From positions 8,804,001-8,868,000 of the forward strand of contig NC_087437.1 in the NCBI RefSeq assembly GCF_036321535.1: a DNA stretch of 64,000 bases, read 5' to 3'. This DNA is from Camelus dromedarius (taxonomy: Eukaryota). The notes beneath the pieces are model-generated. The model made no database searches. It was not told the origin of the DNA and saw nothing but the letters and a program-made list of their open reading frames with translations. This document shows, piece after piece, positions 48,590 through 60,979 of the stretch (position 1 is the stretch's first letter; each line of letters opens with the position of its first letter). The position numbers and the translations under genes were made by a program.

Positions 48590-50640
48590 CTATATATTAA
48601 AATATGATATGCTGTCTTCTATCTAAAGGGCAATATTTGTAAAAAAAAAAAGTATGAAAGGATAAACCAAAAATAATGAATGAATGAACAAACTTGTAAG
48701 AGCAGGATGGAATAAAGTAGAGAGAACAGGGATAGAGTTTATACATCTTTAAATGTGACTTATTTCATAGATTTAACATGGAACTATGTAAATATTTTAT
48801 GTACAAATTGAAAAAGATTTTTTCTAAAACTTAAAATGATTCATTAAGTGAACTAAACCAAGATGTGTACTAGGAGGCATAGAAAGGATTAGTCTAAGTC
48901 ATTTGGAATGCATTAATTTGATAATACTCACTAATGTATTACATTGAATTACAAAAATAGCAAAATAAAAATTCACACAATTTAGTAATCGTAGTACTAG
49001 TGGTAGTTTTCAGTATTATAATTTTGTTTCACAGTGTGTAATGTGGGGGCAGATTAATGAGTAATTATGTGGTATTTTAATTCTTGCATCCCCAGTGTCC
49101 TGGACAACTGGAATTTTTCAACATTGAAGAGAGTAGATGAAAATATATGATAGATGAAGTTATGTAAAAATCTTGTAAAGTATCCATATTATTTCATTAC
49201 TCATTATATCACAAAAATATTTCTGGATCTATCCAGTGAAGAGGACTGAAAACAACAAATAACTCGGAAGCAATGAGTTCACTGAATTTCCAAACTGTGG
49301 TCACATCACTGGGAGAAACTGCTCATTTCAGATCTGAGGCAATAAGTGTATAAGTGTGGACCAGCTTTACAAATCTGATAGCAAGGAATTTATCAGTGAC
49401 CACTAGAGCTGGGTCAGATGACATCAAGAGACAAATTTGACGAGATTCATATGGCCAAAATTGAGGCAATTTGTAAACCAATAGAAGTAATAACTACAAG
49501 AGACTCAGAACTTCAAGTACATTACATCTATGATTTGAAACATTCAAAACAGGTTGATCACCAGTGGAGATGATCATTAATCAACTCATTATTTTTGAGA
49601 CTGTTAAACAAAGGAAAAGAATCATGCATATATCCTTCCTTTTGAAGATGAACTGAACCATAGTGTAAACAAATAGTTAAAGAGTTAAGTGTCTCTTTAA
49701 AGAATTATTCCAGTAATTGAAATGGTAGATGATAATACATGAAATGAATAAATGAAAAAGAAATAAGAGAAATAGAATATTGTAATTTTGCAGCATAAAT
49801 GCCATTGCATTTGTATATGCCAATGTATACGGCATTTATATGCCATTTTGCCATCTTTAATGATTTAAAGGACCTAGGTCCTGAGGATTGACAGCTGCTA
49901 ATATCACAAAATGAGAGGCAGGCAACCAGGTATGTATGGCCCTGATGAAAGAACTCAACATTATCTCTGCGGTAACAATGCTAAAACCAAACCAAAGCCA
50001 AAATAATCTTAAATTTTATCAATTCTAAATTTAGCTCTTAAGTTATAAGAGCATGGAGAGCACAGAAGACCAGGTTAAACACTATGAGGATGCATGGCAT
50101 TTCTACAGGACCATATTTCTTAAACAAATAAATTCCAAGAAAAGAAGGAGAGAGACAGAGACAGAGACAGAGACACAGAGGAACACCCAGAGAGAAAAAG
50201 AGACTTAATAGCATTAAACAATTGAGCCATGTGGACATTATTTAGATTTTGGTTCAAGTACAAAATTTAAACATATAAGAAAAGATCTTTGACATTTATG
50301 ATGCAACTAAAATTTAAACATATAAGAAAAGATCTTTGACATTTATGATGCAACTGCATATCTGACGATACTAAGAAACTACGGTTACATTTTTAGATAT
50401 TATGATGATAATGTGGCACTATATTAAAGAGGTCTCCTAATTTAAAGACAGAACAATTTTTGCAAATGAAACTATGTAATGTTTGATATTTCGTTTTTAA
50501 AGAAGGGGATATGGAAAGTGGGTGGGAACTAGAATGAAACGAGTTTGGCCATGAATTGGTAACACCTGGTTGGTGGTCCATTAGGGTTCATTTTTTCATT
50601 CTGTCTAGGTTGGTATATGCCTGAAGGGTTCCATAATTGA
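48590..50640 (+). mobile_element. L1MC4/5-like long 3'UTR
   Basis: Ends gagtttggccatgaattggtaac...gggttcattttttcattctgtcta...ttccataat; homologous to the antisense copy at 7906-8480. Confidence 0.65.
50262..50355. repeat. Perfect 47-bp tandem duplication
   Basis: aaaatttaaacatataagaaaagatctttgacatttatgatgcaact at 50262-50308 and 50309-50355. Confidence 0.97.
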
Positions 50641-51757
50641 AGGTCAAAATAATAATAAGTGTATAGGCTGATCTCGGGGACAGAGTAGTGCATAAATGAC
50701 CTACATAGGAAACATCCTAGCTCCTGTTTTTCTCCCTGGGCCTTCACTGAGGATATTTTTATTTCTCTTTCTCCAGGAAAATTCTTTCCTTTTTGTATGC
50801 CATATTTGCTCAGAGCTTTTCAGCCTCTTCTCATAAGGCATCAGTCTTAGATCTCATTTATTGCTTGTTATTTTTATCTGTCATTCATAGAGCCTGTCAA
50901 CCTTCCATTGTTTTTATTATAACAGAACAAACCTTGTCCCCTGGACCATCTGGATTTCTGCTCCTTAATAACATTTCTTTCAACACCTACCAGCCCTGAA
51001 GTGGTTGAGAGCGAGCTCCTTGGCTGAAATAGACATCCATTTCATGGCCAGATTCTGTCAAATCTATTTATTTGAACATTGTGAGGTCAATTTGTTATGG
51101 GCTTTTGGTTAGATCACTGTATTTTAATTGGCACTAGACATGCACTGGGTTTTAAATACACTCTTGTCTCCCTTAATTGCAATACCGCTTATTGCCCTGT
51201 TCTGCTAAACACCTGTTTTAGAAGCAGCCATTCCATCTGAAACGTCAGCTACCTCTGCCAGGTGTTTCTCATAGACAACACCAGTCACTCAGCTATAAAT
51301 GACAGTCATTTAAAGTCCTCTGTAAATCATGGAGCCTCCAAGAACTTAAAAGCAAAAGTTGACTTATTTGGCAATAACCTAAAATGATGAAGTCGTCTCT
51401 TCTGAATATGAGCTCAGTTCTACTAGACCAGGTGGACTGGTGAGCAAGAAAATAATTAGCTTCTAGAAGATGGAGACAATAGTGCCATAATTTATTAAGG
51501 TTTTAAACAAAGCTAGTGGTATGCTTTTGTTAGATTTCAGAAGCAATCTGACCCTTTAACAGCAGGATTTTATTGAATTTTGCAGTGTTAAAAATTTTTT
51601 TTTTTGGCCAAGATTACTCAACTTCAGGATCCAAAAAATTAGAAAATTAGATTTCCAGCTACATTAAACCATGAATCTAATCACTGTCCTCTAGCGTGAA
51701 ATGCACATTTCCTTGCAACTGATCACTTTAATAATTTTACCACATGTTCTTCCCCTC

Positions 51758-51796
51758 TGATGACCTTGGCAATTGTGAGCAGAGCCAAGGTCATCA
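51758..51796. promoter_or_regulatory. 13-bp perfect inverted repeat forming two NR5A/ERR-type sites
   Basis: tgatgaccttggc - 13 nt - gccaaggtcatca; each arm contains CCAAGGTCA. Confidence 0.5.
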
Positions 51797-51953
51797 AAAT
51801 ACCTACATGGAGTGGCTAAGTCCAAGGGGTCAACGTCATATTGAATCCCCTAGAGTATATAGGCTACAGTGAAAAAAAAAAAAAAATAGTGCTTCTTGGA
51901 GTTGTGCAAAGTGGTGGCACTGTTATTTAGAAGATATAGAAGCAAATAATTCC

Positions 51954-52312
51954 TGCAGTTGACTTAATCTTTGTGCCTCTCCAGGATTCATATGCTGAAA
52001 CCCTAACCCCTTAGTGTGATGGTGTGAGGATGTGGGACCTTTGGGAGGTGATTAGGTCATAAGGATGGCACCCTCTTGAATGGGATTATGCCCTTTTGAG
52101 GGGCTAAAGAGACCAAAGTTTCCTTTACCTTACAAGGACCCAGTGAAAAGATGGCGGTCTAGGTACCAGTGAGCAGGTCCTCATGAGTCACAAGACCTGC
52201 CAGCACCTTGACCTTGGACTTCCGAAGCTGTGAAGCATACATTTCTGTGGTTTATAAGCCATTATAAGCCATCTACAGTTTTCTCTTAGAGCCACCCAAA
52301 CAGGCTAAAACA
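51954..52312 (+). mobile_element. MLT1A-like MaLR solo LTR
   Basis: attcatatgctgaaaccctaacccc...ctttgggaggtgattaggtcat...gccagcaccttgaccttggacttcc...ctaaaaca. Confidence 0.85.
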
Positions 52313-53165
52313 GCTCCCCTAAGATGGAACAAGTTATTGTTCCAGGCTGCAGGAAACATTTTAAACATGCCACCTCCTTTGATGGTGAATTGTGTTTGAA
52401 TTCCACGGCACATTTTCTCTTTGATTGGAAACATGGATTTTTGAAATGAACTTAATTAAAGGTAAATGTTTCTGTAACCAAATAAGAGATGTGATATTTA
52501 AACTATAAAGATTCCTGTTTTAAAGTACTTGGTGGTCTGTTTCCAAGGCTGGGAAGGGAATAACATAGAAATTTAAATGGCAGACTTGAAGAGGGAGGTG
52601 AAATGTTGCCCCAGGCAAATGAGACCTGAGGTTTAAAAGCTTCTTGGCCACACTGAACACCAAAGCTCTTATTTTTTAAAAGGGCTCTAAAGTTGGCAAT
52701 CAAAATCCTCCCATCCTTAAATGATAACCAGTGAATTTAATAATGCTCTTAACAATAAATATACCAGACTAGATGTTTTTCCTACTTTAGAGCTGGAGAA
52801 TTGTATCACAAACCCCCAGGAGAAAAAAGGAAAATGCATCTGGGAAATGTTTTTGAAAGTGAGTACTTGGCTTTCCTGACGCATATTTCCTTTAGCTTCA
52901 TCACGAAAAGCTACAGCTATTTTAGATATTAAAAAAAAAAAATTCCTTTTGGCCAATACGTTTTCCCATTTCCCACACACGTTCACAGGTTTGTCTGTCT
53001 TCTTTTGGTCGAATCTCAACCTCGTGGGTCCTGTGTAGCTGGCTAAACCTGTCTAAAACAAAAACATCTTCAAAACATGATGTCTAAGGCAATAAATATG
53101 ACAGGTCTGCTGTATAGACCTCTGAAAAGGGGGAGAAATACACATTCCTTTTTAGTTTCCATTAC

Positions 53166-53246
53166 CTTAATGATCATCAGAACTTCTGCTTGCTGGTCAA
53201 ATTCAGGAGATGCTTCCTGCCCACCTACTATTCTACTAAATGGTGC
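53166..53246 (-). other. Candidate 81-nt exon encoding APFSRIVGGQEASPEFDQQAEVLMIIK
   Basis: Acceptor ttttatctttactcatcacag, donor AAG/gtaatg; only one frame is open; the peptide resembles a trypsin-family activation site. Confidence 0.3.
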
Positions 53247-53902
53247 CTGTGATGAGTAAAGATAAAACCTTACCAACCCTTAACACAGCAACCGTGCGAC
53301 TATACAGCTGTCCATCCACAACATTCGTAACCTTTGGTTCTAAGAGTAAAACCAAATATAAGGCTCTAAATAGCTGTGAAACAGTACAGAAGACTAATAA
53401 TTGTTCTCAGGATTAGTGAAACTCTCAGTCTCCTCTTGCATAATTCAAAAGCAACGCCTCTGAGCTTAGCAGCCTAAAACAAACAAAAAAAAAGCAACTT
53501 CCTTGCCCTTCCACTTGCTTTCAGTTTCAGAGATAATACCAACTCCTTGTCATGAAATAAAAAGGCCTTTTACAATTTGGTTCTAATTTTTTGGTCCCTG
53601 TTTCTGAAACTACAGGGGACTAGATTTCAGCACAATAAACAAGAAGACTTTCAACAGCATTGTATAATATGGAACTGGTTCCTGTCCTGGGTGGTGGGTT
53701 CAGTCTCAGTGAAAAACCACTTGGCTGTGCTGTTTCAGATGCGATGGACGTGCAAATGGAAAAATAATGCAGTGGTTAACGATGGTCAGTCTGCCAAGGT
53801 ACAGTTCACAATGTTTCTGCCCAACTAGCTTCATGCACGTCGGCACGTTACACCATACTTCATAAAATTGCGTGGAGATCAAATCAGATACCATACATCA
53901 AA

Positions 53903-53990
53903 GGGGTAATCATATAATTTATCATCCAAATTGAGTTACATTTGAGATTGAAGAGGGAATTATTAATATTTATGTCAAGACAATGGATGT
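53903..53990 (+). mobile_element. MER81-like hAT-Blackjack fragment
   Basis: ggggtaatcatataatttatcatccaaa...tttgagattgaagaggg...tattaata. Confidence 0.6.
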
Positions 53991-54715
53991 TCTATCTTGG
54001 GCTTTCTATCTATAAAACATTTCAAAAATTGCCTGGCACAAGCAAGTGATGAGTAGATATTAGCTCTTATTATTACTATGATATTCCTATTACTTTTTCA
54101 TCGTTGATATGAAGGAGATGACCCTTAGGGTTTCTCCTCAACTTGAGATGCTAAGATTTGCTAATGAACAGCTGTCACTGGCCAGCCCTGGCAAATCCAA
54201 CACTAAATGATCCAGCTCAGGAGGGAGCTGAGAGAGGGGAACGTGGATGGTGAGTGGGAAGAAATATGTTTATTTCCAGAATCAATTTGGTTTGTCTTCA
54301 GCGCACCAGCTAAGTGTCAAATGGAGAATACCTCTGTCAAATCTGCGGAGGAGACCACTTTGTCACGTTGGCAACTTCCTCTCTTCCTATCAACTTTGTA
54401 TCGTAAAAGATGAATCAGCTGTTGTGATGTTCTCTGTTATGACAAACACCGACATGACTGATACGAAGCAACTTTCATGTTGCATAAGAGAAGAAAACAA
54501 GGGCTGCTCGCAGCCAATGGAGAGTGTCCGCACGTGGGATCTCTCGGAGTCTCTGTGGGTACCCAGAAACATCTGTGTTCTTATTTCTTCTCCAGCTGAG
54601 AAGAAAAGATGAACTCACATTTTTTACAAGCTAGGACACAGCAGAGGGAGAAAGTTAATGCTTTTTACTATACTGTTGTTAAAGAATACTTTTCATAGAT
54701 GGTAACATAATGACT

Positions 54716-55044
54716 GTCAGATATAAACTGAACATGTGTTAAAGATTTTATTTAACTCATGAATGAAATAAAGGGGCTAGCAGACGTCAATCCTGCTCAA
54801 AGGAGAATCCAAAGAATAGGCATGTGTGTAGATCAGGACTGTTGAAATGAATGTGCAAATGGAAGGCAAAATTGGCTTCTTCCACAGAGAGAGCAGAGTC
54901 AACTGAATCTCTGACAAACAGAATTTACATCATCTACAGACACGAATTATTTCACATTGTTCTTGATTATCCGCAACTAAGTGTGCTGGCTGTAAGATGC
55001 TCCCCAAGGATCAGAACCAGTTAGCTCAAAGTTGAGATCTTGAC
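54716..55044 (-). mobile_element. Ancient LTR-like element, family uncertain
   Basis: tgtcagatataaactgaac...ttgac termini, antisense AATAAA near one end; resembles old mammalian LTRs. Confidence 0.45.
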
Positions 55045-55232
55045 TAGGGTTGGAAAACTATAGCTGAGGTCAAGCCACCTGTTTTTGTAGATAAAGTTTT
55101 ATTGGGACACAACCATTTTTTTACGTACTGCTTAGCATGCTAGATGGCAAAGTTGAATAGATGTAACCTTATGGCCTGTAAACCTAAAATATTTACTATT
55201 GGGCCCTTTATGGAAAAGTTTTCTTGCTCTTG
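55045..55232 (+). mobile_element. MER58A hAT-Charlie MITE
   Basis: ccacctgtttttgtagataaagttttattgggacac...aaacctaaaatatttactattgggcccttta. Confidence 0.85.
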
Positions 55233-56179
55233 CTGTAGATAAAACATAGGCTTCCACTGACACACAAATTTTCTCTTATATTCTGTAGTGGTAAAAATAA
55301 ATGTAGGAACTGGATAAATCTGGATCCAAATCTTAACTCTATCACTTAATAAATGTATTGTTTGAGGTATGTCACACAAACTTCTAGATACTCAGTTATT
55401 AAACAAGTGTAAAAACATGATTATTAAATAAGTGTGAAAATACCTCTCTTTGTATGGTTATCATGAGGGGGAACCAAACCAGAAGCTATAAAGAAGCTAG
55501 TAGGATTTTTAGATACACAATGGTAGGGGGTTCAAAAGCTATTCATTTCTATTCATTATCTTTTAGCCAAATTCATCCTTAGGTCCCAAACTACCTGTAA
55601 GTTAATAGCCTTAAATTACCAGGCTTCTCATCAAAAGTGAGTTGGCCATTCATGCTGCCTGAAATAGAGTCTAGCCACCATGCTATGCTTCGGGACAATG
55701 GCGGGCAGCCTAGTGTATCAGCCAGAGCACAGTGAACTGGGGATTAGGAGACAGAGACTCCGCCTGGGGCACTTGGAAAACGCTCACATCTCTGGTTGTC
55801 AAGTACTTTATCTCTAAAGTGAACGCACTGAGCTAGAGGCAGAGAGCTGGTGGGCTCCTCCAAGGCTCTGAAGTTCTGTGAAATGAGGCCACAATAGCCT
55901 CTCTCTTCTTTCATTTCACAGCTGAGAGAGTAAAGTTTAGGGTAAGGAGAAAAGATGATGGGAGATTGTGGCCATACAGAGGGCTTTTTTTTTTTTTTTT
56001 TTTTTTTGGTATAATGCATTGTTTTTCTTCTTATATTTTCTAGTAGGTATTCCTTTAGGCTGAAGGTGACGTCTGAATACTCTGTTACCCATCCACTCGA
56101 CTTTTTAGAGAATTAACAGAATTTTGCCCAAAGCAGCACTTAATTAATACCCAATGAAGAGTGAAATCAACTCTTTAAT

Positions 56180-56350
56180 AATTACTATCATTAATTGTTC
56201 TTCAAAACATTCTTGGGAAACGATATCAGTATAATTGCCTTGATTTTACAGGTGAGAAATCTGAAGCTCAGAAAGGGTGAAGCCATATGGCTAAAGCCGC
56301 ACAGTTAAGAATTAGCAGAGCCAGGAATAGACTTCAGCATCTTAAATCTT
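56180..56350 (-). mobile_element. MIR SINE
   Basis: attttacaggtgagaaatctgaagctcagaaagggtgaag. Confidence 0.7.
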
Positions 56351-56689
56351 GGGATTTTGTTCAAACAAAATTATAACCAGAGCCTGCCAAGGGACTAGGA
56401 GCCTTGGGGAGAAGCATTCCCTTGAAAAGACCGGACGCTTTATATCCAGCCAAGAGCACTGAGCAGAGTGTGCTCCAGGGAAGCCATTTATTTCTCACAC
56501 ATTAATGTATTGTCTCAACCCTTTTGATGATTTCTATATTAAAAAATGTTCCTGTGATCTGTATACCATGTTAACATGGCTTTTTAATTCTTGGGTGAAA
56601 TGTCTGAGCTTACAGGCGTGACCTAGCGATGGAATTAGTGAGTTTAAAGTACTAGTAATTAAGAAATTAGGTAGCGCAGGAAGCATGAC

Positions 56690-58950
56690 TGACTTCAGTC
56701 ACTTATCCAACAAATCTTTATTGAGTGCCTACCACCTGCCAGGCTCTCATGCATACATTGGGAAGGCGGCCACGGACCACAGTTTCTCTCCCGATAGAAA
56801 CTGGAGTCCGGTGGGATTCAGGAGATGTCAGTGAGTATATACGGTGAGTATGAACCAGTGCAGCAGAGATTCATAAAATCAACTTAGGGAAAGAGAATAG
56901 GCAGGGTTTAGGGAGCTGACTGATTTTATACACAATCGTCAGGGAAAGGCCTTTCTAGGAAGGTGACATTTAAGAAGAAGTCTAAGCAAAGTTAGGAGGT
57001 GATGCTGGGATGAGAGTAGCTGGAGGATTCAGTGTGCCCCAAGGCCTCAACATGTGCTTATGGGTCAGCCAGGGGGCCAGTGGGGATGGAGCCTGGTGAG
57101 AAAAGGGGGGATTGTCTAAAAATCATGTTGGGGAGAGCACTGAGCAGGCCCACAGGCCATGGTAGGGAATTTGAGCTTTATTCTAAGTGAGAAGAGAAAA
57201 CACTGGAGGGTTTGAGGCAGAGAACTAACCTGCTCTAATTTCACACTGCCCCTCCAACGGTGCTCTGGAGAATGGGTCGTGGTCAGTACAGACTGAGAGA
57301 AGCAGGAATTCAGAGGGCTTTGTCGTGGCTGGGGTGAGGAATCGTGGGGTGACTGTTGTGGAAGTGGTGGATGAAGTCTGGAGATGGGATATATCTCAAA
57401 GATAAAGCCAACTTATTTTCTAATGGGTTGTTTGTAGAGGGTGAAAGAAAGAGAACTGCCAAAGTGATTGCAAGCTTTCTGGTTAAGCATCGAAGTGATG
57501 GGTGGTATCGTTTGCTGAGCTGGAGGACACAGATGAGGAAAGGTTGTGGGGGAGGATGCAATATTTCAGCTTTGGGTAAGTTAAATCTGAGATGTTTATT
57601 TGAAACCTGACTGAAGCTGCTCAGTAGGCAGTAGGATTTGCAGTTTTTAGGTCAGAGGATAAGTTGGGACTAAATATATTTTTGAAGTAATTAGTATGTA
57701 GGTGATGTCTAACGCCATAGATGTGGTCAAGATCACACGTAGGGAGTAAACGAAAATTGAGCCCTGGGCACTGCAATATTTAGATGCTGGGAATCTGAGA
57801 ATGACCCATATAAACTGAGAAGGAGGAAAAGCCAGATGAATGCCGGATCTCAGAGGACAGGTGAAGAGTGTTTTAAAAAAGCCATGTTTACCTGTGTCAA
57901 ATGCTATTGAGAAACTGAATTAGAAGACGATGGGTAACTGGCTGTTGAGTTTGGCCATGTGGACTTAGGTAAGGCAGTCCTTGTGGACTTGACAAAAATG
58001 GTATTAGTGGAGAAGTAGGAATGAAAATTTTCTTAGCATTCAAGAGAGAATAAGATGAGAGATACCGGAAAAAGAATAATTTTTCTTTTCAGATTTACCA
58101 AAAAGGATTAGAGAAATGGGGCAGTAACTGGATGGTGATGTCTGGTAAAGAAATAGCATGTTTTAATGAGGAGATAGTGCATCATGATTAAATGCTGATG
58201 GAAATATGTAATAAAGAGGGGCTTGGCAGGCAAAAGGACAAGGTCTTATTAGAGTGATAGGCAGTGAAAATGTATAGGATCAGTGGATTCCTGTGTGTTT
58301 AAAAATTCACTGGATTTGTGTTACTGGAAGGAGTGGGTTGGAGACCTAACAGAAAAGAAAGCAGGATTCTTGAGGTTGAGGTCTTCTTAACAGACAAGGT
58401 CCAAGGGAATAGAAGAGCGAGGTTATTGCCTCCTTGTATGTTATACTTGTTAATTAATTGATCCCTAAAGGACAGGGTAAGTTCTGCTTTGTTTTCACCA
58501 TCAACACTCAAAAATATGTATCTAGGATAAAATGTAAATAGAACTACAAATTTCTCTGTTGAGAGGTTGTTTGTACTTTATATATCCATAGCATTCAGAA
58601 AGAGAAATGGGTGAAGGGGAAGGTACAATTGCTGGAGTAAAGGTCTTCTGTAGGTTCCCGGGCCACGTGGATGGACTGGCTTTAGAACTACAGACAATTC
58701 ACCCATTCTAACAGAAAGGAAGGTGGAGTGCATGGAGACCAAAAGAGGCAAGTCGGTAAACTTGGGAAGAGGCATGAGGGTTTGGAAGCTATGTTCTGCT
58801 TGCAGCTTTCACAGGGAAATGAGAAGCAAGAGCTTCCAGAAGCGAGAGTGAGCTGAGTGTGGAAATGGAAGAGGATGGCTTGGCAGCCCTGAGGGCTCAC
58901 TGAAGGGCGGTGGTCACAAATTTGAAGTCAGACCAGCTAGCACATTTATG
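56690..58950 (-). mobile_element. Long L2 remnant
   Basis: Begins ttatccaacaaatctttattgagtgcctacc...tgccagg; internal gtgtcaaatgctattgaga (antisense RT motif). Confidence 0.8.
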
Positions 58951-59579
58951 TCTAGTATGATATTAGGGTTTTCTGTCGAAATAAATTTTTTTTTTATTGA
59001 ATTCCCACTTCATCTTCTCTTGTTTACTGCCATCCAACATATCTTCAGGCAATGCAGAAAGGATTTTATTAACATGAAAATTGGATGATCGCATTAGGCA
59101 GCCCAAATCCACTCTTCTTCCTGGAAGCAAATAGGTTCTGTACTTAAACTAATTTCTTTGCTTCAATTAAAGAGTGTTTCAGATACGTTGCTTCTTCTAG
59201 AGATAGGCATGTTAACAGGCTTTCACTTTATGTTTTGAGAAGAAATAGCTTTTATGTTGTATAAGTCACAGTGCTCATTATGTTAAATGTAGAAGAGTCA
59301 GTTAAAAAATACAAGGAAGGACGTAAAAATCATCAGTGTTCCTATCAGCTAATGATCACTAGTAACGTTTTAGTATATTTCTTTCTAAAAGTGTCCAGAT
59401 AAATCTAGATACATAGATCTATTTCTCTCCCCATGGGCCCTATAATTAAAAAATCTACAATTATATAGATTCAGCTATAATTTTTGTTTGCAATAATATG
59501 TATCCCAAATGTCTTTCAATGCCATTCTTCTCACATATGATGTTTTTTTGTGTGTGTGTGATATTCCCCATCATAATGT

Positions 59580-60170
59580 GCACAGTTCCTTCATGGAACT
59601 GACAAATTGATTTTAAAATTTAAATGGAAGAGACAAAGTGTAAGAAGATCTAAGAACATTTTGGGGAAAAAAAGAGAAACACCAAAAAAGTGTGTATTCT
59701 TTAACCTAGCAATGCCATTTCTAAGTTAGGTGTTTTATGGAAATATTAGTATGTCTGCAAAATGACATTTGTATAGGAAAACTTACTGAAGCACTCCCTC
59801 TAATAATTCAAACTTAGAAATCACTCAAATGTTTTTCAATAGGTGACCAGGGAAATAAATGATGATGCATATAATTTAAAAAGTCAGGGTTTCCAAGACA
59901 TATTGTCCAGTGGAAAAAAAAATTATAGGAATACACTTTTTTGAAATTAAATTAGAACAACAAAGCTTTGTACATTTAAATGCATATAAAACAAAGCCTA
60001 CAAGGCTATATGCCAAGCCAATAACACTGATTATCTCTAGGGGAAGAAATGGGACTTACGGAAGAACAAATTCAAAACCATGCGGAAAATGTTTACATTT
60101 TTACTCTGTATAATTGTCATACTTTTTTTATATTGAGAATGTGGTCATGCATTATTTGTCAATTATTATT
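59580..60170 (+). mobile_element. Ancient L1ME-like fragment
   Basis: gaactgacaaattgattttaaaatttaaatggaa...cctagcaatgccatttcta...cactcaaatgtttttcaatagg. Confidence 0.6.
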
Positions 60171-60290
60171 TATGTAGAGATTTTTTGAAGAAATTCCATA
60201 CTGTTTTCATAGTGGCTGCACCAAACTACATTCCCACCAACATTGAACGAGGATTGCTTTTCTCACCAACACATTACCTCTTGTCTTTTT

Positions 60291-60979
60291 TTTTTTTTTT
60301 GTAAATGTAACATTTTATTTATTTTTTTAATATTTTTTATTGATTTATAATCATTTTACAATGTTGTGTCAAATTCCAGTGTAGAGTACAATTTTTCAAT
60401 TATACATGAACATATATATATTCATTGTCACATTTTTTTCTCTGTGAGCTACCATAAGATCTTGTATATATTTCCCTGTGCTGTACAGTATAATCTTGTT
60501 TATCTATTCTACAATGTTGAAATCCCATCTATCCCTTCCCACCCTCCTCCCCCTTGGCAACCACAAGTTAGTATTCCATGTCTATGAGTCTATTTCTGTT
60601 TTGTATTTATGCTTTGTTTTTGTTTTTGTTTTTTAGATTCCACATATAAGTGATCTCATATGCTATTTTTCTTTCTCTTTCTGGCTTACTTCACTTAGGA
60701 TGACATTCTCCAGGAGCATCCATGTTGCTGCAAATGGCATCATGTTGTCAGTTTTTATGGCTGAGTAGTATTCCATTGTATAAATATACCACCTCTTCTT
60801 TATCCAGTCATCTGTTTATGGACATTTAGGCTGTCTCCATGTCTTGGCTATTGTAAATAGTGCTGCTGTGAACATTGGGGTGCAGGTGTCATCCTGAAGT
60901 AGGGTTCCTTCTGGATATAGGTCCAGGAGCAGGACTCCTGGGTCATATGGTAAGTCTATTCCTAGTCTTTTGAGGAATC
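60291..60979 (-). mobile_element. Young lineage L1, 5'-truncated, nested in an older L1
   Basis: Poly-T head and an intact-looking 3'UTR; flanked by a 96-bp direct repeat (60195-60290, 60980-61075). Confidence 0.9.

Noticed and set aside
53739..53798. Plus-strand 60-nt exon-like segment (tttcag ... AAG/gtacag)
   Set aside because: Weak donor and no recognisable product.
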